Assembly: GCA_965240325.2 (NCBI GenBank) | Contig: OZ251233.1 | Span: 1,612,001 to 1,676,000, forward strand | Length of the DNA: 64,000 bases | From: Rebecca billardiae RCC1528 | Taxonomy: Eukaryota; Protista; Haptophyta | Direction of reading: 5' to 3' | Notes under the pieces: model-generated | Databases searched by the model: none | Seen by the model: the letters and a program-made list of their open reading frames with translations, nothing else | What the model was told of the DNA's origin: nothing | Made by a program: the position numbers and the translations under genes | Shown here: positions 47,189 through 58,055 of the stretch, one piece after another | How the letters are laid out: every line of letters begins with the position of its first letter | How positions within the stretch are numbered: the stretch's first letter is position 1

Positions 47189-47378
47189 CAGGCGAGATTA
47201 CAACGTGCAAGACCGGTCTTGCACGTATGGATACAGTTACTACTGTGGGAGTACTGGCGTGCTCTTGCGTCTTGAGGTCATGGGTTCAAACCAGTTTCCA
47301 GGTCTATAGTAGATCTCTTCGGGATTGCAAGACCGAAGACCGTCAAGACTCAAGACGGATACGAAGGCCGCATCCGTC

Positions 47379-48857
47379 ATGAGCACGTCTGCGCTCGCGC
47401 TTGCTGCGTGTTGCATCGGTCCGCCATCGACGGGTATACCGCGCCGCGCCGCGGGCACGCACGCGTTCGACGGCTCCGATGTGGAGCTGTGGCCCACTTG
47501 CGTCGAATCGCGCTCCATGCGCGAGCGGCTGGCGTCCCGCCGACGCGCCCACTGCGCCGACGGTTCGTTTGCCGAGCGCAGCAACTCGTCGTCGAGCATC
47601 GCACAGCTCTCGCGGGCAGAGCGATGGCGCGTCCGGAGGTACCTGGGCTCGCTCGATGGGGCATCCTACGGCCTCGTGCCTGCGCCGAGCCGGCCCCCTC
47701 CGGCGGAGCGCGTGCGCGGCTCTCTGCTCGACGCGCGCAACGTCGTGCTCTTCCACTCGACCGCCGACGTCGCGGAGGGGTGCGGCCAGCTCGCGCGATC
47801 GCTCCGGTGGAATCGCACGCGCGAGCTGCAACGGGGTATAACGGGTACCTCGTACCACGTCGACATGTGCTGCCTGCTCGGCGTGCACCGTTCGCACGAT
47901 CCGCCGCTGTGCGCCGGCAGCAGCGCATCGCTCGTGTGGGCGTGGTCATACGGAGACAAGATCGTGGAGCCCACGCTGCCGCACTTGGCCAAGGTGCGGC
48001 CCGTCAGCCAAACGTCTCCCATCGCGCTCCTCCCGCTCAGCACGGGGCGGCACAGCGGCGCGCTCAACACGATGCCCAGGCGCGAGCGCGCGGCGGGCCG
48101 GCCGTTTGCTGAGCGCGGGGCGTGCGCCGTGTGGCGAGGCGCGTCGACGGGCAACTCGCCCGAGTCGGGCACGGACGGCTACGCCCCGGATGCGCCTCGC
48201 GAGCTGCGCGCCCCGCGCCGTGTGCTCGTCGAGCGCTGGCACAACGCGAGCCTCGCTGCCACGCGCGGCGTGGCGGTGGACGTGGGCTACTCCGCCCTCG
48301 CGAAATCTGCCAAGCTCGCACCGCACGTCCATGGGCGATATGTGGCGGGCAGCCAGTCGGTGGAGCAGATGATGGCGTGCCGCTACCTGATCAGCGTGGA
48401 GGGCAACGACGTGGCGACCGGCCTCAAGTGGATGCTCTACACCGAGAGCGTGGTGCTCATGGCGCACCCGACGAAGGAGACGTGGGCGCTCGAGGGGGCG
48501 CTCGTGCCGTGGACGCACTACGTGCCGCTCGCGCGCGACTACGAGGACCTCGCGGAGAGGCTCGCGTGGTGCGAGGCGAACCTCGAGCGCGCCGCGGCGA
48601 TCGCGCGCGCCGGGCGCGCGCACCTGCGCCGCGTGTTCGGGGGCGGCCCGGACGCAGAGGCGCGCGTGATCAGCGCGGTGCTCGACGGCTTCCAGGCGGC
48701 GGTGCAGTACCGCTTCGGCACCGAGCACGTGCCGGCGCACGCGCGCTCGGGAGAGACGCTCGCCATGTACGCGTTGGACGCGTTACCAATCGCGAAGAAG
48801 GAGGCCGCCGAGGTGGCCAAGGCGTTCTCGTACCGTACTGGCTCTGATGGCATGTGA
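47379..48857 (+). CDS. Glycosyltransferase family 90 (CAP10/LpsA-like)
   Basis: VWRGASTG, YLISVEGNDVATGLKWML, SVVLM..P, ETWALEGALVPWTHYVPLARDYEDL; signal-like N-terminus. Confidence 0.88.
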   Translation: MSTSALALAACCIGPPSTGIPRRAAGTHAFDGSDVELWPTCVESRSMRERLASRRRAHCADGSFAERSNSSSSIAQLSRAERWRVRRYLGSLDGASYGLVPAPSRPPPAERVRGSLLDARNVVLFHSTADVAEGCGQLARSLRWNRTRELQRGITGTSYHVDMCCLLGVHRSHDPPLCAGSSASLVWAWSYGDKIVEPTLPHLAKVRPVSQTSPIALLPLSTGRHSGALNTMPRRERAAGRPFAERGACAVWRGASTGNSPESGTDGYAPDAPRELRAPRRVLVERWHNASLAATRGVAVDVGYSALAKSAKLAPHVHGRYVAGSQSVEQMMACRYLISVEGNDVATGLKWMLYTESVVLMAHPTKETWALEGALVPWTHYVPLARDYEDLAERLAWCEANLERAAAIARAGRAHLRRVFGGGPDAEARVISAVLDGFQAAVQYRFGTEHVPAHARSGETLAMYALDALPIAKKEAAEVAKAFSYRTGSDGM

Positions 48858-49733
48858 CCTAGCTCTGAGCAGTACCTGCCACCTGACCCGCGCGCCAGCT
48901 GCAATGCCAGGCCGCGACCGCCGCGACCCGCCGTCCGACCCGCGGATCGGCGCAGTCGTCGTCAGATCGCACGCAGCCTGCTACTTATTATGCAGTGCTG
49001 TCATCATCGTAGTCGTCGTACTGTAGTCATCGTCAATGCCTATATGACGACTGCTAAACGGTAGTAGCTTACCATTGCTCATTGTTGTATGCACGACTTC
49101 CGCCGGGCTTTAGGCTTGATGGCCTTCGGCATGCATGATTCCGCGCATGGTCTGGATTCTGGTGGGTCCCGCGCCGTCCCAGAGTCGAAGCGGAGCAACA
49201 GAAGCGTCGTCACCGAACGAATCCGCCGGGATAGATCATAGACTCGTGATGGCTTCACGCGCGGGACCGTCCGCGAGTTCCGGGAGTGACCGAGTAACTA
49301 TCAGGCACCGCCGCGTGAGATTCAGCGTGACGAGTCCGGACCGATGTGAATAAATATTATATATATATATATATATATATATTAACTACTCACTACATCC
49401 AGCCATGAAGGACTGGCCGCGCATTGTATCAAATTATATATTCATCGTCATTCGTCAATGACCCCAGACGTCAATATCATACATCGAAATGATATCATCT
49501 ATGATCATCATCATCGTGCATCCGTCGAATAGAGTAGTAAAATCACCGTCAGTTATAATATAATATTATACGCTCGTCGTGCGACGCTCACCCCCGACCT
49601 GCCTGCACTAGCTTGCGACTGGTACGATACTAGCACTCAAGCCGGCATTCAAGCCCACGACGCTGACAGTGGCTCGGTGTGACATAGTGTAGTATCGTCA
49701 CTGCGACATTAAGTAGTATCAACCCGCGCTGAC

Positions 49734-50480
49734 TTAGTACGAGAAGGGGATCGTAAAGTCGGCAGCAAACGGCGCCATCGGCTCGCCGCCGTAGCCGCTC
49801 ACAACGCCCGACAGCAGGGGCACCGAGCCGGGGATCTTAGCCTCACAGAGGAAGCCGAACAGGCCCAGCATCGCCAGGCGGCCGTTGTTAATCTCCTTCA
49901 CCAGCCCCTTGGCCTTCGCCTCGTCCGACTTGTTGGCAGAGAGGCCAAACGGATCGTAGAGGTCGAGCGGAACAGGGTGCGGCACGACGACCTCGCCCTT
50001 CGTGAACGACGGGAAGGCGCCCGGCTTGCCGCCGCGCATGTAGTGCGTGCCTGCGCACTCGGACCAAAACTCCAGCACGCCGATGCCGAGGATGATCTGC
50101 GCCTTTGCGGCCAGCGGAATCGCGTCCCACAGCTCGGGCGGCGAGAGGCCCGACGCAATCATGTCGCCGCCAACGGGGGCCCACGGGAAGCGGAGGCCGT
50201 TCGCGTGCGCGAGCCACCCGCAGAAGCCGGCCATCGCCACGCGGCCGTGCTTGATCTCCGAGTGGCGGAGGAAACCGATGGTGGCCTCGTTGCTCTGCCC
50301 CCAAAACTCCTGCTCCGCGAGGTTCAGCGGATCGAAGAAGCCCAGCTTCGGGTTGAGCTCCTTGGCGAGCGCTTCGAGGTCCGCCTTCGTCTCCATACGC
50401 ACGGATGCGCGCGGCACGGCAGCGCGCTGCGCCGTCGGCGCGCTGAAGGCGACAGTAGAGGCCGTCACGAGCGCGAGCAT
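49734..50480 (-). CDS. Light-harvesting fucoxanthin-chlorophyll a/c protein (possibly Lhcq-type)
   Basis: FFDPLNL, RHSEIKHGRVAM, KEINNGRLAMLG; bipartite leader MLALVTASTVAF. Confidence 0.96.
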   Translation of the reverse strand: MLALVTASTVAFSAPTAQRAAVPRASVRMETKADLEALAKELNPKLGFFDPLNLAEQEFWGQSNEATIGFLRHSEIKHGRVAMAGFCGWLAHANGLRFPWAPVGGDMIASGLSPPELWDAIPLAAKAQIILGIGVLEFWSECAGTHYMRGGKPGAFPSFTKGEVVVPHPVPLDLYDPFGLSANKSDEAKAKGLVKEINNGRLAMLGLFGFLCEAKIPGSVPLLSGVVSGYGGEPMAPFAADFTIPFSY

Positions 50481-53400
50481 CTTGGACCTGACGAGGATGG
50501 ACGGGTGAAGGTGCGGTCGCCCGTTAAAAATCAATTAGTAGTATCCATTAGGTAGTATGCTACACATCATTAGTTCATTGCCGAAGCGCAAAGGGCTTTT
50601 GTCGTTCTGTTAAATTTAGGATAGTAATTACGGAGCGGTCCGAAGTCCGGACGACAACTTCAGAGGGGGCGGTCGAAGTCCGGAGAAATGACAACAGGAC
50701 TGCTGATTCCGCACCGATCCGAGCGCAATATGTGTGCTATTGCGACGCGGATTCGCAATGATTGTAGGGCCATCTCCAATCCAGCTGATTGTCAATCCAC
50801 TCGACAGCCGTCGCTGAGAACGCGCGCGGGCAGCGTGAGCGCGCGGTCGCGCAGGGGTGGCCAAACGGCATCAGCCAATGCTGCTGCCTTCGGCAAGCGC
50901 GCCTTCTCACGGTAAGCTTCGGGCAGCACTGTGGCGATGGCCGTAGATGCGGCTCCGGCCAAACGCCCTCGACGCGTGGAGCGGCCCGCGCCATCACGGC
51001 CGTGAGCGCGCGCACGGATGCGCCTGTGCAAAGTGCTGCTTGAGCTCAAGCACATGGACAAGGAGCCAGGAGACGAGGCGTTGGCGGCAAGGCCCGCGAC
51101 TCCGCGAGGCGCAGACAGGACCTGGAGCAGCTCACGCCGGGATCGTGTGTACAGGGGTAGAACGCGCCCGCACGGAACCACGCCGCCTACACAAAGCGTG
51201 CGGGCAAGCTGCAAGCTCTGTCAAGAAGCGCGCTTCCTCCCCACCTGGCGACTCTGCGCTCACCGAGTGCTGCCTCCCGCGCTGCGGGCCGACAGCACCG
51301 CGCGCGCACGGCGCAGCGCGCGACGCGGAAGGTGGTGGATGCACGGCCACGCTCGCCCCGTCGTCACTGCGCGGCGCCGCCGCCTCAACTGGCATCCGGA
51401 CGGTGGCGCAGCCGGGCGCCGACTGGCTGTGCGATTGCTGCCTACTCGGAGCCAAATTTTAGTAGCGGGTAGTATATATAGTGACTGGCAGTGTCACTAT
51501 AGCAGCAGGGACGAAATACGCGCCGCCGCTGGTCGGCCGTGACTTTCGTCGAGTCGAATTACGTTAGAAACTTTGAGACTGTCGTTAGGGCCGCGCCCGC
51601 CCTGGCCAGGCGCCCGCAGAGTCGCGCCCGCACTGGTAACTGGATCATAGCCGCCGTATAGTGGGTCCACCGGCAACTTCTCGGACCTCGCGGATGAGCC
51701 ATGCCTCCCGGCAGCGTCTCGCGTGGCAGCTTCGGATGGCGCAAGCGCACTGTACTGCTGTGGTTCAGTAGTATGCAGTACGTGCTGACCGGCGACTGCT
51801 CACGGCGCTGGTTCTGGCCGCGGGCCGCGTGCCACTGCTGGTGAATGGGGCACTGGTTGCCGTGGTCGCGCACTTCTTGGTAGTCTTGTGGCTCGGGCGC
51901 GGCCGGCAGTCGCCAGTCCGCCCGTGGCCATGTGCAGCACCGTTGGTGTCTGGTGAACATGGCGCGGATCAAGCAGAGTAGTTGTACGCACTTACCCGGG
52001 CGCATAGCCATAGAGTATAGGCTAATTCTATGATTTAATAAGGACACAGGCACGAGGTCGAGGGCGCAGCTCTCCCGATTCGTCTGTCGAAGTACTGATT
52101 GGCGGAGACTGAGGATGCACGAGCGCGTTGCCGTTGGCCGCGGGTGAGGGACTAGGGAGTCTTCACCGACTATGCTCAGATCATACGTCGGAGGTAGCTA
52201 CTAGTGGGTGCCCAGGGGTATGCCACTGTACTTGCAGTAGTCGGACTCGGTCGTCATGCAGTTGCCCTTGCCGTCGGTCAGGCTGTTCTGAATGAGTAAC
52301 TGTTCAATCAAGTTGATGCCGTAGCTGAGAGCTGAGTGCAGGTGAGCTAGCAGCTGATTTAGTGGCGGATGTGGATTGTGGTCCGTGCCCTGGCGGCCGC
52401 GGTGTGCGCGGGCTTGGTCTAGACTGAATAGGACTCGGGTAGCTACATATATATATAAACTCCGTCGTTTAGGACGATTAAGTAGTATAGGGCGGTAGCT
52501 ATAGTAGCTAGACGCGCGGGTTATGTAATAATAGTAGTGACGAGAATCCGATAATGTGACGACGAATAGTGAATACTACGACAATAGAATTACCTGCGCT
52601 GCGCTGACGCCGGAAGCCGCCGCCTGGAAATTTACTATTTAATATCAGTATTATTAGCCATAGAATCATGGCTGTATTATCCGGACGATGAACTAATAAT
52701 CGTGAAAGGTGACACGGAGTCTCAGAGTCAGACAGTGACACAGTCCGGTCCGCAGACTCCGGGTGCCGCACTCTACTTACTCTAGGACTAAACGGCTGGT
52801 CATCCGAGTCGTACTCGTAGCCTCATAAGTGATAAGAGTATTAAGACCGACTACTGGTTCACTCTGAGGACCGGCAGCGCGCGGCCTACGGGGCTAGTGA
52901 CTACCGGCTAGTGCCAATGGCCGGGCCGGGCCCGCGGGCGGACTCTCCGACTCCGCGACTCTCGCCGCGGACTGGCGACTCGGTCGGTAATGGAGTCGCT
53001 GACTCACTCTGTAAGCCGCTGAGTCTAACTACACGGCTCGTAAGCCACATAATCACAATGCTGACATCAATAATAGCGCATTATTTTTCCTGGACTCCGA
53101 TCGACGACGCTCAACCCCGTTCCCAATCCCTATCCCACCGTCGCCTGAGTCCCACTGCGGCGAATCAGGTCGGGGCCGCGGATGCCCACGGCCCTGGCAA
53201 CGCCCGTCGACATGTGACTCTCCGCACGCTCAGAGTCAGTGACGGTGACACTCGGGCGACCCGTCTCGGTTCGCGCCGCTAGCCCAGCCACTGCCCGCCG
53301 AGGTTGCACGGCCGCGGCCAGACAGATTCTGAGGACGGACTTGCCGCTCGGAGGCCAGAGGCGCCCGCCGAGCCTCGGCCTCGGTAGCCCCAACGGCCGG

Positions 53401-53506
53401 CGCGCCAAGCGCGGCGATCGCGCCCCGTGCGGCGCTCGGCGCTCACGCCGCCCCCGCTGCTCACCCGCGCGCGCTGCGCCGCCTGCCCCGCCCGCACCAT
53501 CGGCCC

Positions 53507-54378
53507 TCAGCTATACGACGCTCCCTCCGGCGGCTGCGGCAGCTTGCGGTTGCTCGCGGTGCACAGGTCCCTCCGGATCTTGAAGAGAATCGTGTCCATC
53601 GAGTCTGATTCCTTCCAGTCGCCCAGCCCCGGCGTCTTATTCGGGTTTGCCTGCGCGTGCACGCGAGCGTGCGCGGCGGCGAGGAAGGGCACGCGGTGAG
53701 GTGCGCGCGCGTGGTACGCGCCCGCCCACGCCCACGCCAGCGTGCGCGCGTCCGCTCCGCGCGCCCGGCGCTCCTCCCGCCGGGCGCCGCGCGCACGTGG
53801 CCGGTCGCCTGGTCAATGTAAGGCAGATTGATCTTCGTGTTGAAGCGCAGCAAGGGCGGGGTCTGCGGGTACTTCTCGTCGCACGTGATCGTGATGGCGT
53901 AGATGCGGTTGTCGAATGTCGTCTGCCAGGCGCGTCGCGGAGCCCGGTCGCGGTCGCGGGTGAGCACGCACGCGGCACGCGGGGCAGGCTCGCTCGGGAG
54001 GCGCACGCGCACACACGCGCGCGCGCGCGCGCACCCCAGGCGGGCCGAAGATCGTGCCGTTCCAGTGGGTCAGGGTGATGTCGTCGTGGACTGCAAGACC
54101 GACGGTGACGCCATCCGAGTTGGCGCCCTTCTCGCCCTTCTCCAGCTCGTCGAGCAGCTTGAAGTTGCGAGGGACTGAATGAATGATCGTGAGGCGCAGG
54201 GGGGCCGGCGCGTAAGGGCAGCGCGGCGGCTCGGCGGTCGCGCTCGCGGGCGAAGCACCGTGCGTAGGGCGATATCGCAGCTTGGTAGACGCGCGCACGG
54301 CCCACGACTGCGCGCCTAGCCGCGCCGCGCCGCCCGCTCCGGCCCGCGTCTGCGCGCACCCTTGATACGCTCCGCCAT
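53507..54378 (-). CDS. MMS2: Ubiquitin-conjugating enzyme E2 variant MMS2/UEV1; introns 54175-54359, 53923-54034, 53651-53796
   Basis: Spliced product MAERIKVPRNFKLLDELEKGEKG...WNGTIFGPPGTTFDNRIY...KINL...NRKLPQPPEG. Confidence 0.95.
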
Positions 54379-54604
54379 GGTCGCCTTTGCGGCCCTGCCG
54401 CTCGACCACGGCGCTTATGGCCAACGAGCTAAGTCCGGACATCCTGTGTCCGGGCGGAAAAACAGCCAAGGCCCACGCCCCGAAAGTTGTGCAGCCCCGG
54501 CCACGACTCTTCACGAGCGACCACGGCCGCCTGTTGCTGCCCACTGGCTGGCATTTTCGTGGCATCAAGCAGCAGGCCGCGAGAGCTCGGCAAGCGCCGG
54601 CGCG

Positions 54605-56603
54605 ATGGCGGAGGGCGTGCGGACGCACGCCGAGCCGAACGGCCACGGGGAGCTGTCCATCCAGCGCGTCCCGAACGACCACGACGACGCCCACGACCCG
54701 CGGGACGCGCGCGACTCGCCCGTGATCGGCGACGTACACGTACCTGTCCCGATGTCGCCGCGCGAGATCGCGGCCGGTGCCTCGAGCTTGGACGACTCGC
54801 CCCGCCACCTGCTTCGCTTCGCCGCCGCGTCGTCTGCGCACGTGGAACCCGTCACCGCCGAGCCCTCCCTCGCGCCCTCGCTCGCCCCCTCGCGCTGCAC
54901 CTCGCGCCGCACCTCGTGCGGTACTTACGTCTCGCGGTATGAGCCTCCAACAGCCGAGCCGTCGCGCTGCACGTCGCCGGGCGGCAGCAGGCGCGCGTCG
55001 ACGAGCCGGCCGGCCGGCGCGCGTCTCGGCGGCTGGGTGCGCATCGCCGACGCCGACGACGGCGCGAGCCACAGCCCCTCGCCGCCGCTGCACGACCGGC
55101 CGCGCAGCGTGACGCCGCCTCCGCCTCGTCCGCCGCGCGCGTCATGCAGTGCGTGGGCAGAGGAGGAGGAGGAGAGCGAGGACGAGCATCACGGGCGCAG
55201 CGCGCTGCCGTCGTGCACCGCCGACGCGGCCGCGGTGGACGAGGACAGCCAGCGCAGCCTCGACGAGCGCATCAGCCCACGCAGCGGGCCGCGGAAGTCG
55301 ACGCCGCGCCGCTCAACCGTCGCGTGGGCTGACATGGTGGCGGCGGCCGAGCAGGTGGCGGGCGAGGAGGAGGAGGAGGAGGAGGAGGAGGAGGAGGAGG
55401 AGAGCGAGGACGAGGGCGGGCCGGCCGCGGAGGGCGCGCTCAGCGCCGCGCGCCGCTCCGCCGTCGCGTGGGCCGAGGCGACGCGCACGCCCCTCCGCCC
55501 GACATCGGCGGGCGCCGCCTCTGCGGCGCGCTCGTCGGCGGAGAGCTCAATGGCAGGCGACTCGCGGCCCAACTCCGCGCCCGCGTCGGGCCACGCGTCG
55601 TTCTCGCGCACCGCGCGCGCGCGCACGCCCTCGTCCGCGGCGGACTCGACGAACGAGTCGCTCGCCTCGCTGCTCGCCACCGCGCGCGCCGGGCGCGAGT
55701 GGGCCTTTGAGCTTGCCGCGAGCGCGGAGCGGCGGGAGCGCGCGCGGCTCTCATCGGGCGGCAGCCGGCGCAGCCCGACGCAGCAGCCGGCGTGGGGCGC
55801 GCAGAGCCCGGGCGCGGGGTGGGCGGCGCACGCGGCCTCGCCCGCGCACGGCTCGGCCGCGGCGGTGGCGCAGCACGCGGCGTACTGCTACGGCTACGCC
55901 ACCACCACCGCCGAGATGCGCGGCTCGCCCGACGCGCACCTGCTTTCAGCCATTGGCTTTGGCAGCGGCACCTCCTCGGGGCGGCCTTCGCGCGCGCCCT
56001 CGCCCAACCCGGCGGCCGAGGCGGCGGTGACGCGGAGCATCAGCGGCGGGATCGGCGGCGATTACGACGGCGGCGCGCACGCGCTGCTGCGCGAGCTCTT
56101 CCTCGCGGCGAAGGAGGGCGACGTCCCGCTCATCGAGCGCGCGCTGCTCGCGCTTGCGCGCCACCGCTCTGCACCGCCTGACGTCGAGACCGCCTCGCCG
56201 ACAACGGCCGACGGCGGCGGCGGCGGCAGCCGCGGCCTCGAGACCGTGCGCTGGGCGGTGAACTGCCCGTGGCCGGGGGAAGGCACCTCGCACGGCTGGC
56301 GCCCGCTGGACGTGGCGTGCGAGGGCGGGCACACCGCCGCGGCCAAGCGGCTCATCGCCGCCGGCGCGCGCCCGGACCGCGCGCACGCGCACACGCGCAT
56401 GAGCCCCCTGCATTTTGCCGCCCGCGAGGGGCGCACCGGGCTGGCGCATCTGCTGCTCAAGGCGGGCGCGCGCGCGGACGCGAAGGACCGGCACGGGCTG
56501 CAGGCGCTGCACATCGTGCGCGCGCGCCTCGGCCCCGCCGCGCGCGCGACGTGCACCCACGCGCGTCTCCAGCTCACGCGCAGCCGCCCACCGCGCCGCC
56601 GCG

Positions 56604-56635
<32 letters not shown>

Positions 56636-57811
56636 GCGCCCGCCGCCGCGCCGCGCCCGCCGCCTGCCAGGCTGCGTATGGTGACCACGTCGACACCGTC
56701 CGGCGGCTGGCCTCGGCGCCCGAGGCGGAGCTCGACGCGCGCACGCACAGGCGCGGACAGACGGCGCTGGTGCGCGCGCCGCGCTCAGCGCGCCGCGCTC
56801 GAGCGCGCCGCGCGGCGGCCGCGCGCCGCGCGCCGCGCGCGCCTCGTGCCCGCGCTGACGGCGCCGCGCCCGCCCGCCCTGGCACAACCTCCGCGTGCGC
56901 GCGCGCAGCACCTGTGCGCGCGCTGCGGGCACATCGAGTCCGCGCGCGCGCTCCTGCTCGCGCGCGCGTCCCCGCTCGCCCTCGACGCCCTGGGCCGCAC
57001 GCCGCTCCAGATTGCGATCTCGGCGGGCCACGGCCACGTGGCAGCCATCATGGAGCAAGCGGGGCGCGAGGCGGCGGCGCGGCCGCTGAGCACGGCCGAG
57101 GCGGCCGTGCTGACGGACGAGCCGCCCAGTACGCCGGCGGCGGCGCACTCACCCACGCGCGCCGGCTCGTGGACGCCCGCGCTGGCCGAGGGCGGGGACA
57201 CGCCCAGCCCGCCCGCGGCGAGCTGCGTGCGCGCGGCCGCCGCGTCCCTCTCACCCGGTGTGGCGTGCACGCCGCCGCCGCCCGCCGCCTGGGCGGGCGC
57301 GGGCGTGGCCGAGGCGGCGGCGGTGGAGGCGGCATCGGGCGCCGAGCTGGCGCCCCCGCGGGTGCCCACGCCGGCGGGCTCCCCGCTGCCGGCGCTGCAG
57401 AGCGTCTCGGCCACAGCCGACGCGTCGCCTAGCCCGGCGCAGCCGTCTGCGCCCGCGCCGACCCCGGCGAGCGCAGCTTCGTGCAAGCAGCCGGAGGCGG
57501 CGGCGGCGGCGGGCTGCCAGACCGCGTCGCCGCCGCGCAGCGTGCCCCATGCGACGCTCGCGTCCGCGCTGGACGCGGCCGCCGGCTCGGAGCCGCAGCC
57601 CGCCGCGACGCCCGGCGGTGGCGCGCGCTCGCTCACGCTCAAGCTCACGTGGATCGCCTCCGCGTCTGGCAGCGGCGCGGGCTGGCTGCGTGCCGTCAGT
57701 GGCTTGCTCCGCGCGGCGGCGCTCGTGCTTCTGAGTGCCACCGTCGCCGGGGCGCTCGTGCTCGAGGTGGACTGCCACGATGGCCTCAGCGGCGAGTGCG
57801 CGCCATCATGA
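54605..57811 (+). CDS. Ankyrin-repeat protein with disordered N-terminus and C-terminal TM anchor; introns 56516-56670, 56770-56908
   Basis: GWRPLDVACEGGH, SPLHFAAREG, ALHI|AAYGDH, GQTAL|HLCARCGH, GRTPLQIAISAGH; the introns restore the ankyrin register. Confidence 0.85.
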
Positions 57812-58055
57812 TCGCACTTCGAGACTGGCAACCCGACGCGCTGGCGCTGGCCCTGGGCTGCGTCACCTCGCACCTGCGTGGGCGTCGGGCGACCCGGTCC
57901 GGGGGCCGGTCGGCCATCGCCGCGCCGTCAGACAGCACCGTCACGGTCACTGGCGCCGTCATAGTTAGGTCCGGCGCGGGCGCGTCAGTCGTCACTAGAC
58001 CACTGAAGTAGTACACATCAGTAACAGCAGTCACAACTACACCCTAACAACTGTA

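Larger units (their letters stand above)
42043..47342. mobile_element. Composite nest: older degenerate element with CCACATTAAGG subterminal arrays carrying two foldback insertions
   Basis: CCACATTAAGG at 43278-43309 and inverted (CCTTAATGTGG) at 45458 and 46991-47062; shared GTATGGATACAG and TGCAAGACCG modules at both ends. Boundaries approximate. Confidence 0.55.

Noticed and set aside
47243-47300. tRNA-like GAGGTCATGGGTTCAAACC (B-box-like)
   Set aside because: T-stem and acceptor stem do not pair and no cloverleaf forms; at most a tRNA/SINE relic.
49358-49390. (TA)n followed by TTAAC as another retroelement end
   Set aside because: The match to TTAACGACG is only 5 nt and then diverges; insufficient.
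54362-57811. 1149-aa continuous ORF as a single exon
   Set aside because: It reads through two GC-rich introns and uses the wrong frame for the middle ankyrin exon; the same applies to the 1219-aa and 1126-aa ORFs.
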